DNA of 64,000 nt from Eutreptiella sp. 'Long Island Sound 2002' (GCA_964036045.1 OZ038378.1:179056001-179120000), one strand, 5' to 3'. Counted from the first letter of the stretch, positions 13,701 to 25,999 are shown. Program-made: numbers and translations. The notes: generated by a model not told the origin, from the letters alone.

Positions 13701-14704
13701 AGTTATCATGAAAATGGTAAGTGCTAGGTATGCAAGGACACTGTGGAGCAAATGTAAAATCAAAACCTACCTCCACAATGTGTGCATCCAAGCCAATCTG
13801 GAAAAAACAAATGGAAACCGGGACACAGGGTTTCTTAGCTTTCCCCCCTCTGTCTTTGCCTTCTCTGCAGTTGCAGATCCAGCAAGGCAGAATCACATTC
13901 AGCACCCAACAAGCTCAGACAAAAAAATGAAATCATGAATCATATCCCAACCATTAATGATTGCATCATAGCTCATAGCCACACACAGCAGGACCCATAG
14001 CAGGCAACAAACATCATACAGGACAAACACAACCATGGAGGGGATGTAATGTAGTGATTGCGGAACAGGCAAACAATGGTATGGCAGTGCATGAAATACC
14101 TGGGACTGCCATGCAGCAAACCCAATGCATTATTACATGGTACTGAGCATATCTGGCACACGCTTCTGATCATAATTCACACCACGAGAATCATGATACA
14201 GGACAAACGGTGCTTCAGGAATACAATCACAGAGACTTGAGCAGGGTATGAGTACCTTGCCTGGCTCATACACCAACACAGGTGACACGCAGTAATCATA
14301 AAAATGGTAAGTGCCAGGTATGCAAGGACACTGTGGAGCAAATGTAAAATCAAAACCTACCTCCACAATGTGTGTACCTACAACCTCTCGCGAATCATGG
14401 TGTCGAAACCACACTCAAGACGGGAAATAGCATGCGCGGACGAAGAGCACATGAAAGACCAAAACCTTCAGGTAGCCAGAAATGCCACGCTCTCAAACCC
14501 TTCCTTCAGAGCCAAAAAAAAAAACTCTGAAAGCACCCATACTCAAAGCAGCGCTGTTACCCCTCTCTATCGTGGAGACAATAACAGTCATAGAGCAACA
14601 TTTCCTCTGTTAGCTCTGAATACCCTCATATCGCAGCCATACCCTCACATGACAGAGGAGTACTGTGGCTATGTAACCACTACCAGATTGAGGGCAAAGT
14701 GTTT

Positions 14705-15693
14705 GCACTGCGTGCGCACTGCGTGTGCACTGCGTGCGCACTGCGTGGGCACTGCGTGCGCACTGCGTGCACATTGCAGTGAAACCCACCCCATGCCACC
14801 TCTGTATGACACTGCAAAGCAACAAAGCCAACAGGACACACATTGAACCACTACCAACCCGGCACTTTGATGTACCTGTGAACATCTCATGTAGTGTTGT
14901 AGAGTACCACTATGCAGTTGCAACCACTGTAACCCTTGTAAGCGCCATCGTGATTACCTACTTCATACATCAAAGAATTGTCCGTGCATTCGCGAAGGAC
15001 CACGTTGATCCCAAATCGTAACATCCGCCGACTTTCCCGGCATAAGATCACATATCCATACTATATTCCCAAGGTTGTCCACGGCCACCGTTACCTTATA
15101 AACATGGCCTGTGTACTTGGGATTTAAGAGTACATCACATATACACATCATCCGAACAATTTGAGCGAGACATATAGGCACAGTTGTCCCAACTTGGAAT
15201 TTGCCGAAGAAAACAAAGGTATTGGAAGGTCCTCCTGGGACAACAAACCTTCCGCGCCATACTTCATGCAGAATCCCTCCGCTATAACACAATCAACACC
15301 AATGAGGTTGACATGTTTATGGAGTTGTGAATATACTTCCCAAGGCTCCTTGGAGCGCCCAACGGAGCACTGATCAATCCACCAAGCCACATCTTTGGGG
15401 TCAAGGTCAGCGTGTGGGAGTCCACATAATCCACCATCCATCTACAACGAGGAACATGCAAAAAAAGGGGGGGGGTGAAAATGGGTACAAATGGGTGAAA
15501 ATAGGTGATAATGAATGACAATGCAAATTTGTCTTATCCTGAATGCATAAGAAGCTTAAAAAATCCTACTATTGAACAACAAACCTCCGCAAAAGGGCCA
15601 AAACTAGGGTTCAGGTAGTTACCGACATACAAAACTTTGCACTGCGTGCGCACTGCGTGGGCACTGCGTGCGCACTGCGTGCATGGCATTCCC
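14705..15693 (-). mobile_element. PIF/Harbinger(ISL2EU)-like element H1 with 11-bp arrays near both ends
   Basis: Contains a DDE_Tnp_4-like remnant. GCACTGCGTGN arrays at 14705-14770 (6 units) and 15639-15682 (4 units). A ~210-bp end segment finishing ...CATGGCATTCCC is shared with ~52790-52950 and ~59256-59472. Confidence 0.65.
14890..15292 (-). pseudogene. Degraded PIF/Harbinger-family DDE transposase
   Basis: TVPI...LLNPKYTGHVYKVTVAVDNLGNIVWICDLMPGKSADVTIWD, followed after a frameshift by HDGAYKG. This matches the Y..K.H..K.Q...D..G.I....PG...D and D.gY.G motifs of DDE_Tnp_4. Confidence 0.75.
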
Positions 15694-15696
15694 GAG

Positions 15697-16420
15697 GTCT
15701 CCAAAGCAGAGACGAGTAACGTGGCTACGAAACCCTTGCCGCGTTGGGGTCTCCAAAGTGAAGAGGACCATGCTTTTGTGCTTTGGAGAACCCAGCACAA
15801 TCGCAGTTGCATAGCTTTGTTGACCCTCTCTGGCTTGGAGACCTCTCACAGGGATTATGCAGCCATGTTGCTCCTCCGCAATTTGGAGACCCGATACCAT
15901 AAGCCAGCTTACTGCTATGGCCTGGATGGGGGTAGTAAGCAGGTCACAAAGCGCCCCACACATGCACGTCCTGGTATGCATATGCAGCAATGTTCGGCAG
16001 TTCCATCTTTTGCGGCTGAAGCCTCACAGCTGTTATACTACAATCGTGCTCATGATCATTGCTATGCTACATTTCTGCTCTGTGTGCTTCTTTCTGGCTG
16101 TTGGACCGTGTTTTGTCTACCGGACCGTGTTTTGTCTACCGCAAAGCGGTATGCATGGTACAGTACAGTAAGGTGCACTCCTGATTCCTGAAAATCACCC
16201 TAGTATAGCCATGCATAGTGCTGATCCCCATTGATCAAGCTATACAAGTTTTCAAAATCAGAAGCGGAGGGTTGTTAGGAGTCAAAACTCATGGAAACCA
16301 AAGGAGTCACTAAGTCGCTCGGTTGGGGGGGGGGGGGGGGGGTTGCACAAAATACATCCCTCTCCAAAGCGGATCAGTGCAACGTGGCCTCATGACTACG
16401 ATTGTGTTGGGGTCTCCAAA
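15697..16420. repeat. Dispersed GGTCTCCAAAG / TTTGGAGA(C/A)CC motif cluster (probable subterminal repeats of a non-autonomous element)
   Basis: Motif occurs in direct orientation at ~15696, 15748, 16360 and 16411, and inverted at ~15782, 15836 and 15882. Confidence 0.4.
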
Positions 16421-18100
16421 GTGGAGAGGAGTGACGTGACTACGTAACCCCTGCGGGTTGCATAGCCTCATCAAGCATGCCCAAGACCCTCATCAAGCAA
16501 TGCTGAAATATCCTCCTTTGCAAATGCAACACTGAGAGCAACAAATGGAACAGGGAAATACCCCATTGGCAAAGCCACACAGTCCAACAACTTGAGTGTG
16601 TGAGGAGGGTCTCGCCCTGAACTTGCCATGACTTATGCACAAAGGCGTTGCCTAGAATCTGGGTACTTGCAACAGTCAGGGCACTCTGGAATGTTGCAGA
16701 TCAAACAACATGGTTGCTGCTGCAGTGTCTTGGCACAACCTTTGAACCATAGGAACAACCTTGATGGGAGGCAGAAATGCCAACAAGCTGCCAACGGGGG
16801 TGGGGTACCTGAATGCACTTTGCCCAACCAAACTTTTTTCGGCTGAAATATCATTGCTAGATGCCGTCTCCTCGCACTGGAATAAAGGCTTGGTTCTTGT
16901 ACCAATGAGGGCAAAAAAAAGGGCCATTCTACTAACTACTTGAGTTTTGGCGGTACAAGAAACTGGGTTGTACCCAAAATACTCCCTTGAATGCACTTTG
17001 TGCGAGATTCTTGTGGCCTTCGAGTGGGGGTTAACTCTACTTTTTCACCCCAAAGTAAAGGATTCTCAAAAGCAGAGTCCCTTGCCGGCAACCATTGTGC
17101 AATGGGCTGATACCCATGTTCCACCATATGCCTGTAGTATAATGATCCCTTGGCATTTGTACCCCTTCCCCCTGTTGTGAGAACAATGCCCTTGTCAGAA
17201 CCACACGAGGTGCAAGTTTTGGGACCATGGGCCCATCTTCTGGTTATCCATGATTTTAAGTTTCTTTTGTGACTTGGGGCTGCAATTGTTACTTTGGGGA
17301 TGCAGATTGCTATACAGCCACTTTTTGCCCCTCCCCTTCACTTATGTTGCCCCATTCTACTCCTTACTTCACCCTTGGAGCATGTTGGTGTCACTATTGG
17401 TGTCTTCCTAGGGTATGCATAAACAATGCCCTTGATTTTTCTGCCCCTTGTACTGATAGCACAGGGAAAATATAGCTCTTCAGGCCTAGCCACCAGTTAA
17501 TCTACAGCTACTTGGTCGGGCTAGGCAGCTAAATCTCCGTGCCACACACCGCGTCAGGTGCTCCCCGTCTACATCATCAAAAGCGATTGCACTCTCTTCA
17601 ACTGAAGGCATTTCACCAAGATACTATGACACAAGGTTAGTGCAACAACCATTCACTTTTGGTGGCGGCCACTACTCTTGATTTCCCATCACCCATGGTA
17701 GTAGGTTGATTGGCCACAACACATACTCAAGCATTTCTCGCATCACATCCTTGCTATCGCAAGCATGATAGTAACCAACTGCAAATGACCCCCAATGGGC
17801 CATTGCTCAAAGCAACCATGTGTGAGCCACCTGGTTGAGGTAAATATCCCAATACATTGGTTGCAATATTGTGGGCCACAGTCATATTGCACTAGCGAAT
17901 TGGCTTGTGCTTTGTTCGCTTCATCAAAACGGTGGTGTGGCTCTGCAATCAAGACCTTGTGAAGGCTTTCCAAAAAGGATTTTCTCCTAAAAAAAACTTG
18001 AGCGAAAACCATGGTGACTTAGCTCAGACTCTTGGTATCTGTCCTTGCGAGAACCCTTGTCAGAACAACATGAGGTATTGTTTCCGCAACTTTTGGAACA

Positions 18101-19059
18101 CCCCCCCCTTGTCCAAGCAACGGTAAATAACCAGGGATTGACAAAACCAATGCCTAGTGTTGCTTAGACAAGGGCGTTGCTTACGTGCCGGAACTTGCAT
18201 GGTACACGTATAGACCGGCCTGAGGGGGTTTGAAGCGGAGATGGTGGGACACAAGCAAAGGGCTGACATGTGCAACATAACACTCATGAGCAGGGATCAT
18301 TGGGAAGCAAAACCTGGCACAAACAGTTTGAAAACTTCGAACATTGCGGGTTCAAGGGCTCAGAAATGAAGCCCTTCTTGGTCCAGCTATAATGCATCGT
18401 GAACTGCTGGACGTGCTTCTTCTTCTTGCCCTGTGCCTCACCCTTTGCCGGAGGTTTGGGTGCAGGTTTTGGGGCTGGTTTTGGGGCTGGTTTTGGGGCT
18501 GGTTTTGGGACAGCAATATGCAAAGGGATGCAAGCATCATCCACCAAATCTCTGGTCCAATACAACTTTCCGTTGAAGACATGCCCCAAACCCCAAACGC
18601 CTGTATTGCCCACACAATATCCACAACCTTGTCTTTCTTGGCTCTCTTTTCGGGAGCCACCTCTGACTCCCCACCACCCTTCTTCCCATCCCACTCATAC
18701 TCAATTGCCAAATAATCTGCACCTTTGGGAGAGGGACCAATGACAATACCGCGACTTTCTGCACCGGTGGACTGCGTGTAGTGCAATGGCCAACCTGGCT
18801 TTATCCAAGACATGGTGTACTATTCTGAAAACCAAGAGGCAAAACACGCTACAAACGCCCTCTTGGCCAACAGAGCTACCTTGACACAAAATATGAACGT
18901 TGTGCATCTCAAAACCACGGTATCAGGAAGCAGACACGGCACACAGTACAATGAATTAAAAAACGCACCGCCAAAATCAACGGTGCAAAAATTGACGGAA
19001 CCAACGCCTAGTGTTGCTTGGACATAGGCGTTGCTTGGACAAGGGTGGGGGGGGGGGGG
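18101..19059. mobile_element. Poly-C TIR family copy E2
   Basis: Left C8TTGTCCAAGCAACG; right CGTTGCTTGGACAAGGGTG13. Direct repeat GCCTAGTGTTGCTT.GACA.. at 18152 and 19006. TA duplication not preserved. Confidence 0.75.
18284..18813 (-). pseudogene. Frameshifted cargo ORF of E2: Tudor-like domain + W.LGH.F.GKLY.TRD domain + (PKPA)n linker
   Basis: MSWIKPGWPLHYTQSTGAESRGIVIGPSPKGADYLAIEYEW..., then frameshift to VWGLGHVFNGKLYWTRD...PKPAPKPAPKPA...HVQQFTMHYSWTKKGFISEPL. Homologous to the E1, E3 and E4 ORFs. Confidence 0.6.
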
Positions 19060-21144
19060 AAGCTGCAGCTAAGGGGGAGGCATAGAAAGGCAGCACGGCG
19101 GCCTGGCCCTGTCCTGCCTCTACACTAACCACTGTATGCACAGCGTGCAGGACCTTAATCGGTTGTTTTGTTTCCGCAAATTTTGGAACCATGGAATTCG
19201 GCAATTACATCCCAGGCGCTATCCAAGATTTTTCCGCTTTTCAGGGCCTCAAGACGACAGGGGTTGTGTGGCCACTTTTACTCCTCTCCACAATGGTACC
19301 CCAAGACGGCAACGCCCAAAGAGTAAATGCCCAAGTTCAGGCATCTGTTAAGGATGTTACGGCAAAGGCTGAGGTAGTCTCGTTGCATACAGGTTGCAAT
19401 TTGTATTGAAGTACTTGCGACCGAATATCTACGCTTGTTGGGTATCACAAGCATTCAAACACTGGGCTTGTGGCATAAGTGTGGTCATTGGACATGTGTG
19501 GAGTGGATGCCCACAACACATGCTTTTCTGTAGCAATCCTTATCCGAATCCCTCAACATCATGCAAAACACATGGCAGCTGCCAATCTGCTCTGAGCACT
19601 GCAACTCACAATATTGTGTCCAGCAGATCAAAGCTGTTTATGTACAATATGTACACTGAAAAGTGTCAAAGTTGCAAAGACCCATTGCTCTCAAAAAACT
19701 ATCAATGGTGTTCATGCTCCCCCAGCACAACTGGCCTTGAAAAAGGCATCTAATGCTCAGTGCTGATCCACACATACAACAAAGCTTGCATTTGGAGGAT
19801 AACGAGCAACTGTTTACTGACGGTGTTGTCGGGGCGCTGGCGGAGTAGAATGGAATCTCGAAAGGCCCTGCAATACATGAAGATACTATGTTGACACTGA
19901 TTTGCTTGTGTTCAATTTGCGAGCAGGGAGGCACAATTTCTGCCTTGTTCACAGGGTTCCCAGCATCTGAGCATGCAGAGCACTGTAGCACTCAGGATCG
20001 ATCAGCAATGAGCCGTTCCCTTAGGGGATGGCTTGTGCGGCTCTTGCAAGTTTCATGGCAAATTCATGTCCCAACAATCATGGTTTAGAGTGTCTCCTGT
20101 GTGGTGCATTGCATAGGGGGTAAGGGGGGGGGTTATTTCCTTGGCCCCAAGATGTAATCCAACAGTGGATGGGGTTGCATACAGCGTCCATTTGTGCTCA
20201 GGGGACAGGTCTCTCATCAGTCAGGGAATTCTCTAGGAGACAGTCTGCATCATGCACAGACCACAGGCACGCGGTGCCAGTGCGTGCACCGCACCTTCCA
20301 ATCTACAGAAGGGCCAGGCAATAGTCCAAGGGGTCACCCAAACAGCATCTCATGGCGGCCAAGCATACCAGGGGATTTGTTGCATGTCAGGAAACCACAT
20401 CATCATTCCCCAAGGGAGATGACCAAATGCCCCGACACCATCGGGGGCAGGGAGTCAGGGCAGAGAACAGCTGCACGACGCCGGCACAGCACACACACTG
20501 CTGAGGCTGCTCCCGCTGTACTCTGGGCTTACGGTTTCATCAGACTACGTCAGCCATCCCACCCCAGGTGTTAGGGCTCCCTGTGGTAAGCAGCAACTTC
20601 GTGTCAGAAAGGCATTGTGGCACTGGGTGTTTTGCACATTCACAGCTGACATTTGATGGAGCTGGTTGTCAGAAATGTGTTGACAAACACAATGCAAAAC
20701 CCACAGCAGCTCCACATGCAAGCAAATCCTCACAAATATCCAAACAATCCTTTGTCATGGGGGCTTTTTTTTGCATGTGCACCAGTTTGAACTCAGTTCT
20801 GGGCCAGGGTCCCAATCTTCCAAACTTCCAAGGTGCTCGCAGACTGCGCTTTTGGGGCTCGTTTGCTGCTCCTCCTGAAAACCTTCCTTGTGGCTAATTG
20901 GTACAAAGCGCACAGGGCCTTTGGTTGCAATGAAATCAGTTTATGGCTGTCGGCAGTACCAGGCGGTTGGCAGTGGTTGCATGCACTGGAGACTTTCTTT
21001 CGGGATCTGTTCCAATAGGATGGTACATCACAGGACGTCAAAAACGCCATTGCAGTAAGGAAAATCCTTGGCCAGGCATTAGGAGCAAAACGTTTCTTAC
21101 GCAACCAGAGCTGACGTTGTTAGTGGTGGTGATGATGTTCGTGT

Positions 21145-21145
<1 letters not shown>

Positions 21146-21176
<31 letters not shown>

Positions 21177-21270
21177 TGTTTTTGTTGGTGTTGCTGTTGG
21201 TAATAAGAATGTTGGTGTATTGTTGTGGTTGTTGTTCTTATTGCTGTTGTTGCAGTTGTTGTTGCTCCTG
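21146..21270. repeat. (CTG)n/(TTG)n trinucleotide low-complexity tract
   Basis: TGTTGTTGCTGCTGCTG... visible directly; would be poly-Q on the minus strand. Confidence 0.85.
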
Positions 21271-22245
21271 CAAGAATCATCAATCCGCTCCATCCCAGTT
21301 CGTGCAACTTCCTTGCACTACAATGGCCTGGCAGCGAACAGTCTTGGTCTGGGCCTGGTCTCAGCTGTGCCTTGGTCTTGCAGCCTGCAGTCACACCACC
21401 TTTCGGACCCTTCACCGAGCTACCCCACCATTGTGCTACACAGCCAACAACCCCTTGAGCCACATGCTCAATCGCCCCACACCCAAATCAATGGCACCAA
21501 AAAAAAAATCAACCTCCTCCAGTGGTGCTTCCTTTATCCACTCGATTGGAAACCACTAATGGGCTTGACACCTACTCAGTTGCACGTCGGATCCCCCTGG
21601 GGCAGAACCCCACAGGACCTTACCACACGGAACCCCCCCCCCCCCCCCAACACTCCATACGACTTCGTCTGAACCTCCTGCCACCTTCCGGAAGTGATTA
21701 CCTTCCCGAAATTTCGGTATCAGCCCATGTGAGTCGCGGACCATACTCTTGCCTGCCCCTGGCCCCCACTGCAGCTTGCTGGTATGCCTCAGCAGGCATT
21801 GAGGCATGAATGTCTAAGATGCTGTGAGACACAGGAAACAGGGCCAGAAGCGAGCCCAGCGTGACCAAATGAACCTATAACTGAAGCGATGCACGAGACA
21901 TGGCATGGCCCGCTGCCCTTCTTGATGGTGCCACTGCAGCCACTGCAGTACACATCACCCTCCCAGTTTCTGCACAATCAATCCGAGTCAAAACCAGGAA
22001 TGTACATGTCCATTTCAGGGAAGTCTTCCAACTGCTCGGCGACGTCTAGTTCCACGAACGAAATGGGCTCCGGCACCTTGAAAGGAAAATCACCGAGCTC
22101 GACACAGATCTCCGTGCCGTTGCTGTCGAAGAACGTCGGGTTGGGAGAGGGCGTCTCAGACAGGTGCATGGCGCCGACGGAGGAGTCCTCAGAGGAGGAC
22201 CGGGACGGGCATCGGCCTGACAGACACCAGCACATGCGAGGTACA

Positions 22246-23010
22246 TCAGGCACACGCACTGAATCACATCAGCACACACACCAAGGCACAGCAGCACATG
22301 CACTGACGCACAGTGATACACACCAGCTCACGCACTGAGGCCCACAAGGCACACACACTCATACACATCAGCACACACACCGAAGCACACCAGCACACGC
22401 ACTGAGGTACCCTCCCCCCCCCTTGTCCTCCCGCCCCAACACAGGGAAGACGCCCCCACCCCCCACCCCCAGGGGACAGTTGCCAAGTGATGCCCCCTAC
22501 CACTACTGTCCACGCACACTATGGGACACAGAAATTGCAGCGGAAAACGAAATAAAAAGCATAAGAAATGTTGGTGTGCAGAGATTGTCAAGGTCAAAAT
22601 ACAAAAACAAATAAAAGCAGGTGTGCCAATGATATGAAAATCATGCATGCTTCGATGGGCTGCCAATGTGACGAACCTTACTCCTTGAGGGGCTCGGTGT
22701 AAAATTTCTGGGTCCTGCTCCAATCAGGGATAGGTGCCTTCTCATTTGGACCAAGGTTCTCCACCTGATCCCCCACAGTGACCTGCAACACCATTTTGGT
22801 GTTTACCAAGTTACGGGAAGGACAAGCGGGGGGGAAGGACACAGGGGGGCGAGGGGACATCAGCACACGCACTGAGGCACACTACCACATGCACTGAGGT
22901 ACACAAGCACACACACTGACACAACAGCACACACAGTGAAGCACACTGAGGCACACCAGCGCACGCACCGAAGCACACACCAACGCACGAAGTGCTGCAA
23001 ACCAGATAAA
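22246..23010. repeat. CA-rich degenerate minisatellite (CAGCACACGCACTGAGG-like units), interrupted by E3
   Basis: Repeated CACACGCACTGAGG / GCACACAC units on both sides of 22410-22856. Confidence 0.7.
22410..22856. mobile_element. Poly-C TIR family copy E3 (internal deletion derivative of the E1 type)
   Basis: Preceded by TA (22408-22409). Left ~150 bp aligns with the E1 left end (CAGGGAAGACG...CACAGAAATTGCAGC..AAAACGAAA). Carries CTCCTTGA..GCTCGGTGTAAAATTTCT as in E1. Right end GGGAAGGACAAGCG7...GGGG. Confidence 0.8.
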
Positions 23011-23623
23011 TCAGAGTGGCACACGATGGAGGGTACATCAGCAGCGAGCATGCCCTGCATGCAAGCACGGTCTGTGCTCACAAGCTTTGAGAACTTGGAA
23101 CCAACTTGAAATTGATCCTGGCTGATCATTGCTTCCCTGACTTGGGCTTTGCCCAGAGGGAACAACATGAGGGCGTGAGTGGGTGGGTGAGTGGAGGTGT
23201 TGATGCTGCTATGACCACAAGAACAGCAGAGGTATGGCATATGAAAATCAGTTGCGCAAAAGGTGGCCCATCGCATTTACAAATATCACGACACTTCGCA
23301 GCACAGGTGGGAGTGTATCCCTCCTCTGGAAGATGTCTTGAAAACATGAGCACCCCATCAAACACAGTTTGCCACTTGCGGCGCAAAAAAATCTTCTGAG
23401 GGTTGTTTCAGAATATAAAGACACCACAGTGCATGGCATGCAGGCATGTTGCCCACAGGGTCCAAGCTCAATGTTTAACTCATGGCCGTTCCTAATCCAC
23501 TCCATCTTTTGTGCAAACATGGGGTACACTCTGGGGCAGAATCTTGTGATGAGCAGAGGGAACTCTTACAGGCATGACCATGCTCCTCTTTCCAACCCAC
23601 AATGGTCTCACATCCGTGATACC

Positions 23624-24079
23624 TCACATTCTCGACCAAATAAGTACGGTCAGAAAACCAAGGTCAGACAGAGTTGCCTTGCTCCCACCATGCCCTGCAT
23701 GGACTGTGGGGGGCGGGGCGGGGGGATGAGGCATGGCAGCCATACTCTTTGTGCCATGTATTGGAGACAGCATCTGGTAATCAGCTGCAGAGTCACGTGC
23801 TGGAGTGGTCAGCTCTGTCTGCTCCATCCGCCGCTTTTTGGTACTGTTGGTCAGGCTCTCGATGCGCTTGCGCGGAGTGCATCGGGAGTTGGGTGTCCAC
23901 TGCAAGAAAGGCTTCATTGCCACGTTGCCCCCCTTCACTGGGGTGACGGCTTGATTGTGATTGGTGATGTCGCCAAGCACACGTCTTGGGGTAAGGGCAG
24001 GTGCATGATTTTTGGCACGCGGAGTGAATCGGGCAACGCTGTGCTGCGATCGCGGAGTTCTCGGAGCCACGTTCTCCAT
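23624..24079 (-). CDS. 151-aa disordered ORF with a destruction box (RRVLGDITN), multiple S/T-P sites and a basic NLS-like patch
   Basis: RxxLxDIxN consensus of APC/C substrates; 8 S/T-P sites, including TPRR, TPVK, TPRK and TPAR; TKKRR. No globular domain recognised. Confidence 0.45.
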   Translation of the reverse strand: MENVAPRTPRSQHSVARFTPRAKNHAPALTPRRVLGDITNHNQAVTPVKGGNVAMKPFLQWTPNSRCTPRKRIESLTNSTKKRRMEQTELTTPARDSAADYQMLSPIHGTKSMAAMPHPPAPPPTVHAGHGGSKATLSDLGFLTVLIWSRM

Positions 24080-24526
24080 TGTGTGAGTCTACACCAAAAT
24101 GAGGGACAGAGGACATGCCAGCATCCGAACTAGCTCTGGCAATTTGTATGGCTGCACAACGCTGGGGTGCCTTCTATTTTCGGCTGTATGCGGCATGCCG
24201 CTGTGAAGAGGTATGCATTGCTGGTAGTAGATATCTGTCACGTCACGTCACCTTCTGCACAGCTTTCAAACCCCCTTGCTGCTCAGCCACTAATCAATCC
24301 CACAGTGGCTGAGCAGCAACAACGTTTCTGCGGGAACAATGCCACATGCAAATGCCCAACCAATGCACCATGCTCTGAAAGGAGCGGACAGCTTGATAGC
24401 AATGCCCTGACCCAGAGAAGGATAAAATAGATGCAGACACAAAATGTGACTGTGACAAAGCAACTAAAGACAAACCACAGGCCAACGTACGCATGCACAA
24501 GCTTGGCCCACACACCCCGCAAAATT

Positions 24527-24712
24527 TTACAGCAAACAGCAACAAAAGCAATCCATTGCCAACGTGGCACAGAGCAACAGATCATCAACATATAACAATA
24601 ATGAAAGCTCCACCTTCAAAGATTTTATATCAAAAATCAAAAGGACCGATGCCACATCAAACAACAGTTGAGAACCAGTATCAACCTGTCTTATGCCCCC
24701 ACGAAGTTTCTC
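24527..24712 (-). pseudogene. Reverse-transcriptase fragment, Copia-like (YVDD)
   Basis: ...GIRQVDTGSQLLFDVASVLLIF...LSLLLYVDDLLLCAT resembles the RVT_2 core; the surrounding sequence is degraded. Confidence 0.4.
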
Positions 24713-25029
24713 TTGGGGCCCGTGGGCAGCCCCTATACCTCCTTGAGTTGATCCTAGGGTCAAGGGACACCCCTATAGCGGCTGCGCCATACCCCCGAAG
24801 TCCATATATGTACGCCCTTCAACCCCCACGAGCTCCGCAATAAGATCTCCGGCTGACAACATTCCTCCCCTGTTGCTCACCGGCGACGCACACCGTCCCA
24901 TCGTCGCAAGCGTTGCCCTCCATGCTGTTGTGGCCCTGCATAGAGCCACCCGGCTCACTCAGCTGCTACCCACGGCTCTCAGCCAACATCGGCGGTGTTA
25001 GCATGTTGACATGCACCCACTCACGTGTT

Positions 25030-25830
25030 CCCCCGGATTAACCCGAGGACAAACCCCGGTGACTGCCATAGCTAGATCGCCGGTAAAGACCCCGGTACCA
25101 TGGGAATACCCTACGCGGCCCCACCAGGTGAGCCAACGGACCGGCAACCCCAACCAACGCAGGGCCGCCGATCCCCCCCACGCCGCCACGCGTGCCACCT
25201 CGTGTGGGCGCTCGCTCGCGCAGCCACTGAGGGCGGCCGCATTACCATGTGGAGAAAGGCAGAACCTGGCGGGCAGAAGTGCGCTAGGGGGACTGCCGAT
25301 GTGGCCCCCTCAACGTCAAGCCACCGCAGCCAAACCGTGCCGTAGCGTCCCAGCTTGCCCGAACGAAGCGTGGGTCACATTTGACCGTGTAAAATCCCAG
25401 CCCCCGGCTCTGGGATCCCCCCCTCCGGATTGGGGCCACTTCGCCCCCCCGGAGGAGGCACGTGAACGATAATACGGCATGCCGTATACCGTCCACTGTG
25501 CTCTGCCAGACACGCCATCGCGAAGGCCCTGAGCTCCTCCAACCCGGCGTATGGCCGGACCACTGCCTGAGAAGTCGTCCACTTTGCGCACCTCCAAACC
25601 CGGCTACTGACGAATTCCGGCATACAACCCATCTCCTCCAACGCCCGCAAAGCGGATACTGCTCCCCGTAGGAAGCTTCTTGAATACCCCAACCCCCAAA
25701 ACTGAAATAGGTACTTGCATGCTTCCATCCCCAACTCCGCAACCGGTGTGCAACCGACCCAGAGGGCCAATTTTCTATAGTGGGTACAGCAAGTACCCAT
25801 GGAGCTGTTCGCCCATGAGGACGCTTGTAG
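25030..25830 (-). pseudogene. Tyrosine recombinase of DIRS/Ngaro/Crypton type, frameshifted
   Basis: N-terminal helical segment THYRKLALW...KYLFQFWGLGYSRSFLRGAVSAL; catalytic-R motif LSFTCLLRGGE (~25444-25480); H-x-x-R motif WHAWRR + GGSAALRWLG..WLTWWGR (~25110-25200). Confidence 0.8.
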
Positions 25831-25999
25831 GGCGTCCATTGAAGTGATCTCATCCTCCTTCCACAATCGCCTCCATGCTGCCCACACCAGTCGCCAGACC
25901 ACGTCGTCACCGCCCCGGAAGTCTGCCAGTTGTAACACCACCACGCCAGCACAGGACTCGTGCTCAGCGCGCCCGACGGGGTAGCGACCCCGTCTGTCC

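Larger units (their letters stand above)
181..14373. repeat. Tandem satellite-like array, unit ~570-595 bp, ~24 copies (23 CATGAAAATGGTAAG-type anchors plus a leading partial unit)
   Basis: Anchor recurs at ~495, 1085, 1680, 2275, 2870, 3464, 4059, 4653, 5238, 5832, 6427, 7021, 7612, 8206, 8795, 9381, 10801, 11387, 11977, 12548, 13139, 13707 and 14297 (the last a CATAAAAATGG variant). Two unit subtypes: ...TGCAGATCCAGC...CATTCAGCACCC and ...CTGCAGTCTCTCCAGC...CATTCCCC. The recurring short ORFs change frame between units, so the array is non-coding. Confidence 0.97.

Noticed and set aside
181-14373. 5S rRNA / SL RNA / box C/D snoRNA tandem array
   Set aside because: No 5S or known spliced-leader sequence recognised. 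The C/D-like pairs (ATGATGC...CTGA; ATGAAAT...CTGA) have poor C boxes and no convincing rRNA complement. Left open only as a search suggestion.
171-14414. Recurrent 60-188 aa ORFs in the array, and a GTAAGT donor / polypyrimidine-CAG acceptor pair in each unit
   Set aside because: Frames break between units through 1-bp and larger indels, and the would-be exon has stops in all three frames, so this is not a coding repeat.
20570-21100. Possible KDZ-type transposase remnant (GAFFCMC, LADCA, WYKAH...GC, LETFF)
   Set aside because: The motif order is suggestive but the key residues are degenerate; it would need an HMM search.
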